A stretch of 64,000 bases of DNA from Candidatus Paceibacter sp. (GTDB lineage: Bacteria; Patescibacteriota; Patescibacteriia; Magasanikbacterales; UBA922). How positions within the stretch are numbered: position 1 is the first letter of the stretch; each line of letters starts with the position of its first letter. Location of the stretch: contig DYFM01000007.1 of the NCBI GenBank assembly GCA_020725175.1, forward strand, positions 1,054-65,053, written 5' to 3'. Shown here piece by piece: positions 56,306 to 64,000 of the stretch. The notes under the pieces were generated by a model. That model saw nothing but the letters and a program-made list of their open reading frames with translations. It did not search any database and was not told the DNA's origin. The position numbers and the translations under genes were made by a program.

Positions 56306-57427
56306 TTATTTGCTATTGCCATATTTTTTAATTGTGACTACTAAAAGTATTACACCCCTGAAAAACCATTCAATTGGCTTTAGAAAAAAATAGCAGATTA
56401 CGGCTCGAATCGGATGCTTGTTAATCTGACTAGCAATTTTTGGTCCAATGATGTCGTAGAGTCTGCGAAACTGAGTATGAGATCTCGGAAATGTATTTTT
56501 CCAAAGAAATTCAAAGGACTTCATATATAGGAGTTGGGTTGGAATTTTTTCATTGCTGTCTAGTAATTGCGTATGAGAAATATAACGTTGATTTGTACGA
56601 CAGGTGGCAGTAACAATAAAGCAGTCTGATTTTTGTTCAGGCAACGAATTGTACATATTCTCTGCCCAAATAATCGCGGCCAGAACAAATGGTGCGTGGA
56701 TAAGACTGTCTACTGTTAGTACTTTTTTTGTAGGTATTTCACTTTTGTTCAGCTTATTGGCACTATGTGCATACCAGGCAATAACAAGTCCGGGGGATAT
56801 CATTGCAGCTATCATGAAAATAGAACCATTGATAAGAGCGATTATTTCAATGATATTATTTCCGCTATATGACACATATGCGAAATTACTAAATATAAGA
56901 ATAAGAATTGTCGCAATAAAAATTAGGACGCCCAAAAAAATACTTACTTGAAGCCAGTTTATTCGAATTTTATCTTTTATACCAATTGTTTTATTATCTT
57001 GCCATCTAATTAATTGTCTTATGAAAAAGTATGGAAGAAGATTAAAGAGGCATACAAGAAAGATATACCAAACAGAGCCATTGTCAGGATTAGTTAGAAG
57101 GAAGAGAAGAGACATGCCTGCGGTAATGGCTCCAGCATAGAGGCCAAAGACACGAATTTTTTTGAATTTGTCTTCATGAATTACTACAACATTGGTAAAA
57201 AAGAAACTGATGGTTGCCCACAGCACAACAGGTATAAATACTAATTTCGTGTATAAAAGCAGAGAGAGCCAATTATAATCAGCAGCTTCTTTTGATTCTG
57301 GTGCTAAAGCTCCGGAAAAGCAAAAAACATAAACCGGTAATAATATCCCTGTGAAGAAAATAATAAATCTAACAGCAATTTTCTTTAGTAGTGGCTTGTT
57401 TGTACTTAATATGGGCATAATTTCCAT
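56306..57427 (-). CDS. Hypothetical polytopic membrane protein
   Basis: ~9 predicted TM segments. No motif. Confidence 0.4.
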   Translation of the reverse strand: MEIMPILSTNKPLLKKIAVRFIIFFTGILLPVYVFCFSGALAPESKEAADYNWLSLLLYTKLVFIPVVLWATISFFFTNVVVIHEDKFKKIRVFGLYAGAITAGMSLLFLLTNPDNGSVWYIFLVCLFNLLPYFFIRQLIRWQDNKTIGIKDKIRINWLQVSIFLGVLIFIATILILIFSNFAYVSYSGNNIIEIIALINGSIFMIAAMISPGLVIAWYAHSANKLNKSEIPTKKVLTVDSLIHAPFVLAAIIWAENMYNSLPEQKSDCFIVTATCRTNQRYISHTQLLDSNEKIPTQLLYMKSFEFLWKNTFPRSHTQFRRLYDIIGPKIASQINKHPIRAVICYFFLKPIEWFFRGVILLVVTIKKYGNSK

Positions 57428-57467
57428 TATTACGTTGACATAAAGTATGATTGAGGAATTACTGTCA

Positions 57468-58211
57468 TCACTTCTGTGGTGTTTTTTTATATATATCCCT
57501 CAATTTTTCAACATCACCACTCCACCTCTCCCCATCAAACCACTCCAACCCAACAAACTGCAACTTATACACATCACTCGGTCGTTGAAATGAACCAAGG
57601 TAAATGTATTTTTTACTATGCTCTTTTGCATAGATAATCGCCCGAAGCATCATGCCCATACCAAAATTGGAAACATTGACAGAGAGATCGTAGAATGGGT
57701 AACTGTAATGAATGAGTTCGTTTGTTTCGAGTGTTATACAATAACCAACAACACAACTCCCAATTTCCAATTTCAAATTTCCAATTTCATTATGTTCATT
57801 CACCGCATACACAAATAACCGATTAAAGTTACCCTCTTCCGAAGTCAACAATTCCCGAACTTTATTCGCACTAAACGTCCCATCGCCAAATTTCTCAGTA
57901 TAAAAATCTTTCGCCATTTTTCCGATTGACCAGTGATAATTATCATAAGGAAGGTTGGCTAGAGAAAATTGTATTTCATCGGTTTTGCGTAAAACTCTGC
58001 GATTTTCACTCGATAAATTAAATTTTGAGAGATCAATTCGCAAACTTCTCGTCTGGTTCATCAATCCTTTTTTGATACGAGTAAAAACATAGCCGTTGTG
58101 GTAGGCATGGTTAATTGTGTTGTCGGAAAAGTCGGAGATGGTTTGTTCGTTCCAGGATAAATAGCTCATAAGCAGAGTAAGCAGGTTAGGCAGAGTAAGC
58201 ACGTGTTTCAT
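57468..58211 (-). CDS. ATE/Bpt-family aminoacyl-tRNA--protein transferase-like protein
   Basis: C-terminal YIYLGSF...YKLQFVGLEWFDGERW resembles the conserved YLGY...YK..F.P.E block of arginyl/leucyl-tRNA protein transferases. 247 aa. Confidence 0.45.
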   Translation of the reverse strand: MKHVLTLPNLLTLLMSYLSWNEQTISDFSDNTINHAYHNGYVFTRIKKGLMNQTRSLRIDLSKFNLSSENRRVLRKTDEIQFSLANLPYDNYHWSIGKMAKDFYTEKFGDGTFSANKVRELLTSEEGNFNRLFVYAVNEHNEIGNLKLEIGSCVVGYCITLETNELIHYSYPFYDLSVNVSNFGMGMMLRAIIYAKEHSKKYIYLGSFQRPSDVYKLQFVGLEWFDGERWSGDVEKLRDIYKKTPQK

Positions 58212-58253
58212 TGCTTATTCTGCTTACTCTGCTTACAACCCTACTCTGCCAAA

Positions 58254-59387
58254 TTAGTAGAGTGCCACCCAAATACCGAGCATCACAACGGCCGCGTGCA
58301 TGATCCAAAAGCGCATCACAGTTTTTTCTTCACTCCAACCGCGGAGTTCAAAATGATGGTGTAATGGTGCCATGCGGAAAATTCTTCTTCCTAAAAAGGT
58401 TCTGCCAAACACTTGAATCAACACACTAGCGAGTTCAAGGTAAAAAATAAAACCAAGTAAAGGAAGAAGGAGCATGTTGTTCATCACGATCACGTTGATA
58501 GCGAGAAGTGCACCTAACCCAAGTGAGCCCACATCTCCCATTTGAAATCGGGCTGGTTTGACATTGAAATACGTATAGGTAATCAGTGCCCCTACGGTGG
58601 TTGCATTGAGAATGGTGATTTCGTGTAGTCCCTGCATCCAGCTGAGAAGTGTAAGTGCGGAAAACGTGATGATGAGAGAACCGCCGGCAAGCCCATCCAT
58701 ACCGTCGGCAATATTGACAGCGTTCGCGGTTGCCATGACAAACAGAATAATGAGTGGGATAATCCAAATGCCGATATTGATAAACCCATCAAATGGGATA
58801 TGGATTTCACGCCATGATTCACCGAGTTTAAAATAGATCCAGTAGGCCGTGAGTGCTCCGGCTGCGAATTGTGTGAGTAATCGCTCATGAACATGCAGTC
58901 CCTTCCCAGGATGAGATCCAAGCCAGAGGGAAGACCTTTGAAATGCCGCCCAAGGCAGCGTAATGGTCAGCCAGACTCTCGTCCACCAGCTTTTGTGGAC
59001 GCGAATAAGGCGAAGTACGTGGCTAAGATTACGAAGACGGCGTTTTTTACCGTAGACATTGTTCAGAATATCGTCAATACCGCCGAGGAGAGCCGCTAAA
59101 AGCATCACACCAATTGGGACCCAGGTAAACCGTCGTTCCCAGTTGAAAAGATAGGTAAGCACCGCGACTGTGAGGATAATGAGAAGTCCTCCCATGATTG
59201 GAACACCTCGTTTTTCTTTTCTTGCCCCCATGGCCAAGGTCGCGTCGTATTCTGAGCGGCGGGTAATGTTGAATTTGTATAGCAATTTGGTCAAGAGAGG
59301 TGCCCAAAGGAAGCTAAGAAGGCAAGAGAGGAGGGCAAATCCGATAGCATGACGGATGAGTTCTAGGGATTCTGGGGAGAGATTCAT
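58254..59387 (-). CDS. mraY: Phospho-N-acetylmuramoyl-pentapeptide transferase
   Basis: NAVNIADGMDGLAGG, DVGSLGLGAL and the ten-TM topology. Confidence 0.9.
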   Translation of the reverse strand: MNLSPESLELIRHAIGFALLSCLLSFLWAPLLTKLLYKFNITRRSEYDATLAMGARKEKRGVPIMGGLLIILTVAVLTYLFNWERRFTWVPIGVMLLAALLGGIDDILNNVYGKKRRLRNLSHVLRLIRVHKSWWTRVWLTITLPWAAFQRSSLWLGSHPGKGLHVHERLLTQFAAGALTAYWIYFKLGESWREIHIPFDGFINIGIWIIPLIILFVMATANAVNIADGMDGLAGGSLIITFSALTLLSWMQGLHEITILNATTVGALITYTYFNVKPARFQMGDVGSLGLGALLAINVIVMNNMLLLPLLGFIFYLELASVLIQVFGRTFLGRRIFRMAPLHHHFELRGWSEEKTVMRFWIMHAAVVMLGIWVALY

Positions 59388-59670
59388 ACGTGTGACAGGG
59401 ATGAAAATGAAAATGATTTATTAGAAATTGTTTTCAAGAAACCAATAAAGGGTGGTAGAAGAGAATTATTTCTCTCAATGTAGGTAAATTTGTTGAAATG
59501 TCATGTCGGATTCTGTAGACAAAGAAGCGCTAGTATATTACGCCAAAATAACGAAAAAATCAAGCAACAGGAGCGTATTTGTGAATATCCCCATACGTAC
59601 GTATCATGCCTTGACAAAAGTGAAAAAAATAGGTAGTATATGCGCACGTACTATTCAAGATTATTACCCA

Positions 59671-59708
59671 GAAATTTTAGACTTAAAACTTTAGACTTTA
59701 GACTTACC
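59671..59708. promoter_or_regulatory. Three TTTAGACT direct repeats ending 5 nt upstream of the rpmG start
   Basis: GAAATTTTAGACTTAAAACTTTAGACTTTAGACTTACC, the same motif as at 45551-45567. Confidence 0.4.
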
Positions 59709-59712
59709 CCGT

Positions 59713-59868
59713 ATGTCCCAAGATAACATGATCAAGCTCGAATGTACCGAGTGCAAAACGACCAATTACTTTTCAAAAAAGAACAAAAAGAAATTGAAAG
59801 ATCGATTGGAAGTAAAAAAGTTCTGTCGTACGTGTTCCAAGCATACATTGCACAAGGAAACAAAATAA
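59713..59868 (+). CDS. rpmG: 50S ribosomal protein L33
   Basis: [51 protein letters not shown] matches the L33 consensus (IKL.CTEC...NY...KNKK...RLELKK.C..C.KHT.HKE.K). Below the ORF-track length cutoff. Confidence 0.85.
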   Translation: MSQDNMIKLECTECKTTNYFSKKNKKKLKDRLEVKKFCRTCSKHTLHKETK

Positions 59869-59960
59869 GCTACAATACACCCTGGATTATCCGGGGTTTT
59901 TCTTTGGCAATTGTCCTAACGCTTACATTGTCGCGTAGAGAGAGCGTGAACTTGTTTCTA

Positions 59961-60863
59961 ATGTATTTTCCTATGTCATTTTTTTCAAACATCATACAAA
60001 GTACCTACAATGTCGCATGGTTGCGTTCCCAAAAAGATGAACTCAAAAAAGCGTGGATTTATTTTTTTCCGTTTATTTTTTTGATAGCCATGCTCAATGT
60101 CTTGCCATTGTTGTGGATCGTTCCTAGTAGTATCTCTTCCGCATCTGCTTGGATACGTGACAATACGGAAGATTTTACCGTCCAGTTTTCCAGTGGTGAA
60201 CTCACTATTGAGGGGCTGGAGCAACCGTTTGAATATACTATAACTGATGAAAACGACACCACGACTCGTGTGTTTATTGATACCCGGGCTACCACAACGC
60301 CGTCTATAAAAGAGCGACTCAATCCAGAAACAGAAGAGGGGATACTTATTACACGAAATGCTATAGAACTATACGACTCATCACTTCAAACAACTGAGCG
60401 ACAAGAATTTTCCAGTATTCCTGACGCGACTATTACGAAAGAAGGGTTGTTGCAAGCAGCTGAGCGAATTACCGGCGGTCTGAAGTATTGGGTGTTTGCG
60501 TTTTTTGCGCTTGGGGTATATCTCATGTATTTGATTGCAAAATTACTGTACGTTCTTTTTTACTCCCTAATCTTTTTGTTGGTTAGTAAGTTGACAAAAC
60601 GAACTTGGGAGTTTCGACAAATATTTACCGTAAGTTTGTTTGCAGTAACACTGCCAAGTCTTGTTGCGTTGGTTTTGAAATATTTGGGAGTGTACATTCC
60701 GTATGTTCCAACACTGGCGTTTATATTGCTAGTTGGGATGATCTTGTTTCAACGTTTGAATTCTGATCCGTCTGCTACAATTGAAAAGAATGGTTTGGGG
60801 GAGAAAAATGATGATACAACCCCGACATCCATCGAAGATGGAAATAACGAAATAAAGAAATAG
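59961..60863 (+). CDS. Hypothetical membrane protein
   Basis: Start moved to the first ATG after the rpmG stop, in frame with ORF 59742-60863. Four or more TM segments. Confidence 0.4.
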   Translation: MYFPMSFFSNIIQSTYNVAWLRSQKDELKKAWIYFFPFIFLIAMLNVLPLLWIVPSSISSASAWIRDNTEDFTVQFSSGELTIEGLEQPFEYTITDENDTTTRVFIDTRATTTPSIKERLNPETEEGILITRNAIELYDSSLQTTERQEFSSIPDATITKEGLLQAAERITGGLKYWVFAFFALGVYLMYLIAKLLYVLFYSLIFLLVSKLTKRTWEFRQIFTVSLFAVTLPSLVALVLKYLGVYIPYVPTLAFILLVGMILFQRLNSDPSATIEKNGLGEKNDDTTPTSIEDGNNEIKK

Positions 60864-61008
60864 CGAAATCAGTCTCCGCTGCGCTACGCCTGACAAGTTG
60901 CGAAATAACGATACAGTGAAACAATTACATGTATTTGATCTTTTGGAAAAAATGATGAATACAAAAAACCGTCGGCTGAATGCTGACGGTTTTGTTTTTG
61001 TGTTATTT

Positions 61009-62559
61009 TTATTGTACTGGGAGTATGCGTACTTCAGGAAGTGGAGCTGGTTCAGTGGTGACAGTGTCATCGGTTTTTACATCATCCATGATGTAGACTG
61101 GACCATCTGGAATGTTTTTATGTTTTTCGAGAATATCTTTTACTAACGGTACTACGACGTGTGTGTTGAGATACGGTGCATCTTTTGGCGCATCAATGAT
61201 TGGGAAGAGGAGTGCTGGAATAAACAGTTCGTTGGTTCGCATTCCGTCATAGTCACTGTACTGAAGAAGTACTTGTGAAGGCGTGCCTACAGAAACTTCT
61301 TTTACTGTCTGCTCTGTTCGAAGGTATGGCATATATCCATAGAGTCCACCGCGTTGTACTACATTCAAAATTTCATCTGCACTTGTGACACCGGTATAGT
61401 CGGATTTTTCAAACCGTTGTGGTATGAGATTCCAGAGACCCATTGCTGTGTTGTTGCGAATGTTCACATTTACTCTCAGACCACTTGGTCGACCACTCGG
61501 ATCATATACGGTTTGTCCATCTACGGTAAATGGGAAGACAACAGTGAGTGCGTCCGGAAAATAGTATTCTGATTTATTTTCCATTTGTTCGTACCAGCGT
61601 TTCCAGTCATTTTCAACAATTGCTTGTCCGTAGTTTGAAGTATCGACTCCGTAGTCCCGAAGAAAATTAGTCGCGATTGCAATTACTTCTTCATCACTCG
61701 GCATATCGGAAAGCTGAATTCTAGGTAACTCAGGACAAATACCATTTTTACAGTTGTTTTGTTCTGCCCACCACCATTGGTTTGGGTTGACGGAAATCAT
61801 TGATTCTTCCATATTCACGTCAATCATGTAGCCTTTTTTATCTGTATCAGCAAGTTGAAAATTGGTGAGTTTGGTGGAGCCAAATTTTTTGAGGTCTATC
61901 ATGTCAGAACCAAGTCCGGCCAAGTATTGGCCAAGCTCTTGTTGTGTGGCAGTACCTTTGATGCGTTTGTAAACTGAGACGGTATCTGTAAGTCCACTTA
62001 TTTCTTCTCCTTTATAGATGTATTTGTACGTTACTTCCGGAGCAACGATCATTTTGCTTGAGGCAGCTGTTCCACCGCCACCAAAACCGGCGGCTTGGTC
62101 GGCTCTATCACCGCCCATTCCCTGAGGACTAGACGCTGCTTCAGATGAGCCAGCTGGAACGTTGAGCTCACCAAAAGCCTGTTTTTTTACCGCGGTTATG
62201 CTTGGTGCGGCAAATAACGCGGCGATAGAATCACTTGATCCTCGAAGTTCTTTTGGAGTGTTGGTCGAAAGGAGTGGTACAAGTACCAAGCTCATAATAA
62301 CCGCACCGCTGAGAAGTGCCGGTAATGAGCGGGTTGAAAAGAGCGAAGAAAAAAACGAGTTCTTAGACTGCTCGGCCTGTCTTTCCATAAGGAGTACTTT
62401 TAGTTTGGCAGCAAATTGTTCGTTGAATTCAGTATCCGGCTTATTGGCGATAAGCTCACGAAGAAGTTCTTTTAGTTTTGCTTCATGTTCTTGTAAGCTG
62501 GGATCAATGTTGTACAGTTCTTCAAGAAGAACGGTAAGGTCGGTTTGTTTGAGAGTCAT
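61009..62559 (-). CDS. Putative anti-sigma factor (single-pass membrane protein downstream of the ECF sigma gene)
   Basis: Cytoplasmic N-terminus, one TM helix (LPALLSGAVIMSLVLVPLL), large extracytoplasmic domain. Immediately follows the sigma gene on the same strand. Confidence 0.45.
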   Translation of the reverse strand: MTLKQTDLTVLLEELYNIDPSLQEHEAKLKELLRELIANKPDTEFNEQFAAKLKVLLMERQAEQSKNSFFSSLFSTRSLPALLSGAVIMSLVLVPLLSTNTPKELRGSSDSIAALFAAPSITAVKKQAFGELNVPAGSSEAASSPQGMGGDRADQAAGFGGGGTAASSKMIVAPEVTYKYIYKGEEISGLTDTVSVYKRIKGTATQQELGQYLAGLGSDMIDLKKFGSTKLTNFQLADTDKKGYMIDVNMEESMISVNPNQWWWAEQNNCKNGICPELPRIQLSDMPSDEEVIAIATNFLRDYGVDTSNYGQAIVENDWKRWYEQMENKSEYYFPDALTVVFPFTVDGQTVYDPSGRPSGLRVNVNIRNNTAMGLWNLIPQRFEKSDYTGVTSADEILNVVQRGGLYGYMPYLRTEQTVKEVSVGTPSQVLLQYSDYDGMRTNELFIPALLFPIIDAPKDAPYLNTHVVVPLVKDILEKHKNIPDGPVYIMDDVKTDDTVTTEPAPLPEVRILPVQ

Positions 62560-62620
62560 ATTGTTGATGTAAGTGGTGGGTAAATAAAATTGGAAAAATG
62601 TTTTTTGGTTACTTGTTATC

Positions 62621-63247
62621 TTATGAAGTAATTAAGAACCAAAGAAATAAAGTAAGCGGCATTACACGTCGTAGTTCTTTTATTCCTCGAGAAAATATCA
62701 TTTTACAGTTGGCTTCACTTTTATCCATGATAGCGGCAATTTCTTGGTAGCTCAGTTCTTGCCAGACGCGCATCATGATGATATCGCGCTGTTCAGGAGT
62801 GAGTTGATTGAGGTGTGATCGGACTTGCTCCAAGCGAAGCACTGCGTCGGTGGCGGTGTGCATATCACTATGATCAGTTAGGGTGCGTTCTATTGTCTCG
62901 TCGTTAATATTCACGCTATGATGTTTATTTTTTCGGAAGAAATCAATCATGGTGTTGCGAGCAATTTGGTAGAGCCAGGTGGTAAATGATGCTTTGTGCG
63001 GTTTGTATGTTTGAATTTTGTCCAGTGCTTTCATGAAGATTTCACTGGTGAGATCTTCCGCAGTTTGACGATGCATGGTTTTGTAATATACAAAATCATA
63101 TATTTTACGAACATGTTGATCATAGAGAACTCCAAAGGCGGTACTGTCACCCTTTTGAGACGCTATGACGAGTTGTGTTGTTTCCTCGGTGGAGGTTGTG
63201 GTCGACATACTCATATGAGAGTCAGGAGTAAGAATTCTTTCCTGCAA
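62621..63247 (-). CDS. ECF-type RNA polymerase sigma-70 family factor
   Basis: Region 2 (YDQHVRKIYDFVYYKT...DLTSEIFMKA) and region 4 (LTPEQRDIIMMRVWQELSYQEIAAIMDKSEANCKMIFSRGIKELR). Confidence 0.8.
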   Translation of the reverse strand: MQERILTPDSHMSMSTTTSTEETTQLVIASQKGDSTAFGVLYDQHVRKIYDFVYYKTMHRQTAEDLTSEIFMKALDKIQTYKPHKASFTTWLYQIARNTMIDFFRKNKHHSVNINDETIERTLTDHSDMHTATDAVLRLEQVRSHLNQLTPEQRDIIMMRVWQELSYQEIAAIMDKSEANCKMIFSRGIKELRRVMPLTLFLWFLITS

Positions 63248-63434
63248 TAATATACGATTTTGTTTGAAAAAGGTAACAAACAGCCGTAGTATAGGATAAT
63301 TTTGTTTGCTTGACTAGGGGGTATATTTCGATTTGACGATCTCGGGTCATGTTTATATAGTAACTATACGGATATATCTTCATAAAAGGTATGTTCGTCC
63401 TGTTGTACGGTATTGAATTCTTAATTATATTCTT

Positions 63435-63998
63435 ATGAACAAGCTACATTCTTTTTCATCGTCTTTATTACAACGGATCGGTATGGGTGTTGCTGCGATA
63501 GTATTGATTGGGGCGATCATCGGTGTTACCTCAATCGTTCGGGCACAGCAAGGTCAGAGTGTCAACGGTCAACAAGCTGGACAGTATAAGCATACATTCG
63601 AAACAAACCTTACCGGTCAAGCAGAGGTACCGGCGGTGCAAACAAACGCCCGTGGTTCCATGACACTTCAGGTTCCTCAAAATGAGGAAACACTCCGTTA
63701 CACGTTGCGAGTGCAAAATGTATCGCAAGTGACCGCGGCTCATCTGCACTGTGGAAAGCGAGATCAAAACGGTCCGGCTATTGTCACGCTGTATTCTACC
63801 TCCCGACCACAAAATGTTTCCGGTGTATTATCGGAGGGTACTATAAACGCGGATGATATTATGGCGGCTGGAGAAAACTGTGAGCCTCGAATCGACACCA
63901 TGGCACACTTGGTACAAGCTTTGCGTGAAGGTCGGATTTATGTTAATGTTCACAACCGCGCGCATCCAGATGGAGTCATTCGAGGGCAATTGACCTTT
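63435..63998 (+). CDS. CHRD domain protein, 5' partial (continues past the window end)
   Basis: Signal peptide plus CHRD-like LTGQAEVP...GSMTLQV...LRYTLRV...TAAHLHCG...GP and a second repeat start (HNRAHPDGVIRGQL). No stop before position 64000. Confidence 0.6.
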   Translation, partial: MNKLHSFSSSLLQRIGMGVAAIVLIGAIIGVTSIVRAQQGQSVNGQQAGQYKHTFETNLTGQAEVPAVQTNARGSMTLQVPQNEETLRYTLRVQNVSQVTAAHLHCGKRDQNGPAIVTLYSTSRPQNVSGVLSEGTINADDIMAAGENCEPRIDTMAHLVQALREGRIYVNVHNRAHPDGVIRGQLTF

Positions 63999-64000
63999 GG

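Noticed and set aside
59503-59694. 63-aa ORF upstream of rpmG
   Set aside because: Its 3' end is composed of the TTTAGACT repeat array and it has no motif. It is more likely a regulatory region than a coding one.
59742-59960. 5' extension of ORF 59742-60863 overlapping rpmG in another frame
   Set aside because: rpmG is a clear L33 match. The downstream membrane protein more plausibly starts at the in-frame ATG at 59961, after the rpmG stop.
1-64000. Search for tRNA, rRNA, tmRNA and CRISPR arrays
   Set aside because: I found no T-loop (GGTTCGAATCC-like) or acceptor/CCA cloverleaf candidates in intergenic regions, no rRNA-like conserved blocks and no regularly spaced identical direct repeats with unique spacers. 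The repeat families seen are tandem or MITE-like rather than CRISPR-like.

Overview
This is a 64 kb window of a low-GC (about 40%), densely coding bacterial chromosome. The gene content (GerMN, CAP, lamin-tail/beta-helix giant surface protein, archaeal-type UMP kinase, Elp3, many tiny membrane proteins, no obvious Shine-Dalgarno sequences) resembles a CPR/Patescibacteria-like organism; that assignment is inference only.

The first ~10 kb is a tightly packed defense island: fic - hsdM - hsdS - an embedded PIN-like gene - hsdR, then a HARE-HTH/PD-(D/E)xK nuclease. The embedded PIN-like gene sits exactly where the anticodon nuclease PrrC sits in prr loci, and I consider it the best candidate for an undescribed system.

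Other notable features:
- An SF2 helicase fused to a sigma-70 region-4 HTH domain.
- A frameshifted 3-methyladenine glycosylase gene and a frameshifted recQ; the recQ break is in an A-run.
- A loose cluster of repair and oxidative-stress genes: AlkD-like, MutY-like, MsrA/MsrB, TspO, RarA.
- tRNA-modification genes: queH, elp3-like, tsaE.
- Cell-wall genes: mraY, a murC/mpl-like ligase and a Bpt/ATE-like transferase.
- An ECF sigma / anti-sigma pair.
- rpmG and a LysW-like zinc-ribbon gene, both shorter than the ORF-track cutoff.

Several families of short intergenic repeats recur across the window:
- A 453-bp cassette with 20-bp inverted-repeat ends carrying a GxxExxY (PD-(D/E)xK-like) gene, with cargo-less relatives at three other sites.
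- Arrays of 13-bp tandem direct repeats (CAAGGCGGRTAAA) at two loci, each preceded by a C-rich microsatellite.
- A composite ~45-bp unit present in opposite orientations at two sites.
- Palindromic TTTGTAGATTCGGAT motifs in divergent promoter regions.
- TTTAGACT direct repeats immediately upstream of rarA and rpmG.

I found no tRNA, rRNA or CRISPR array.
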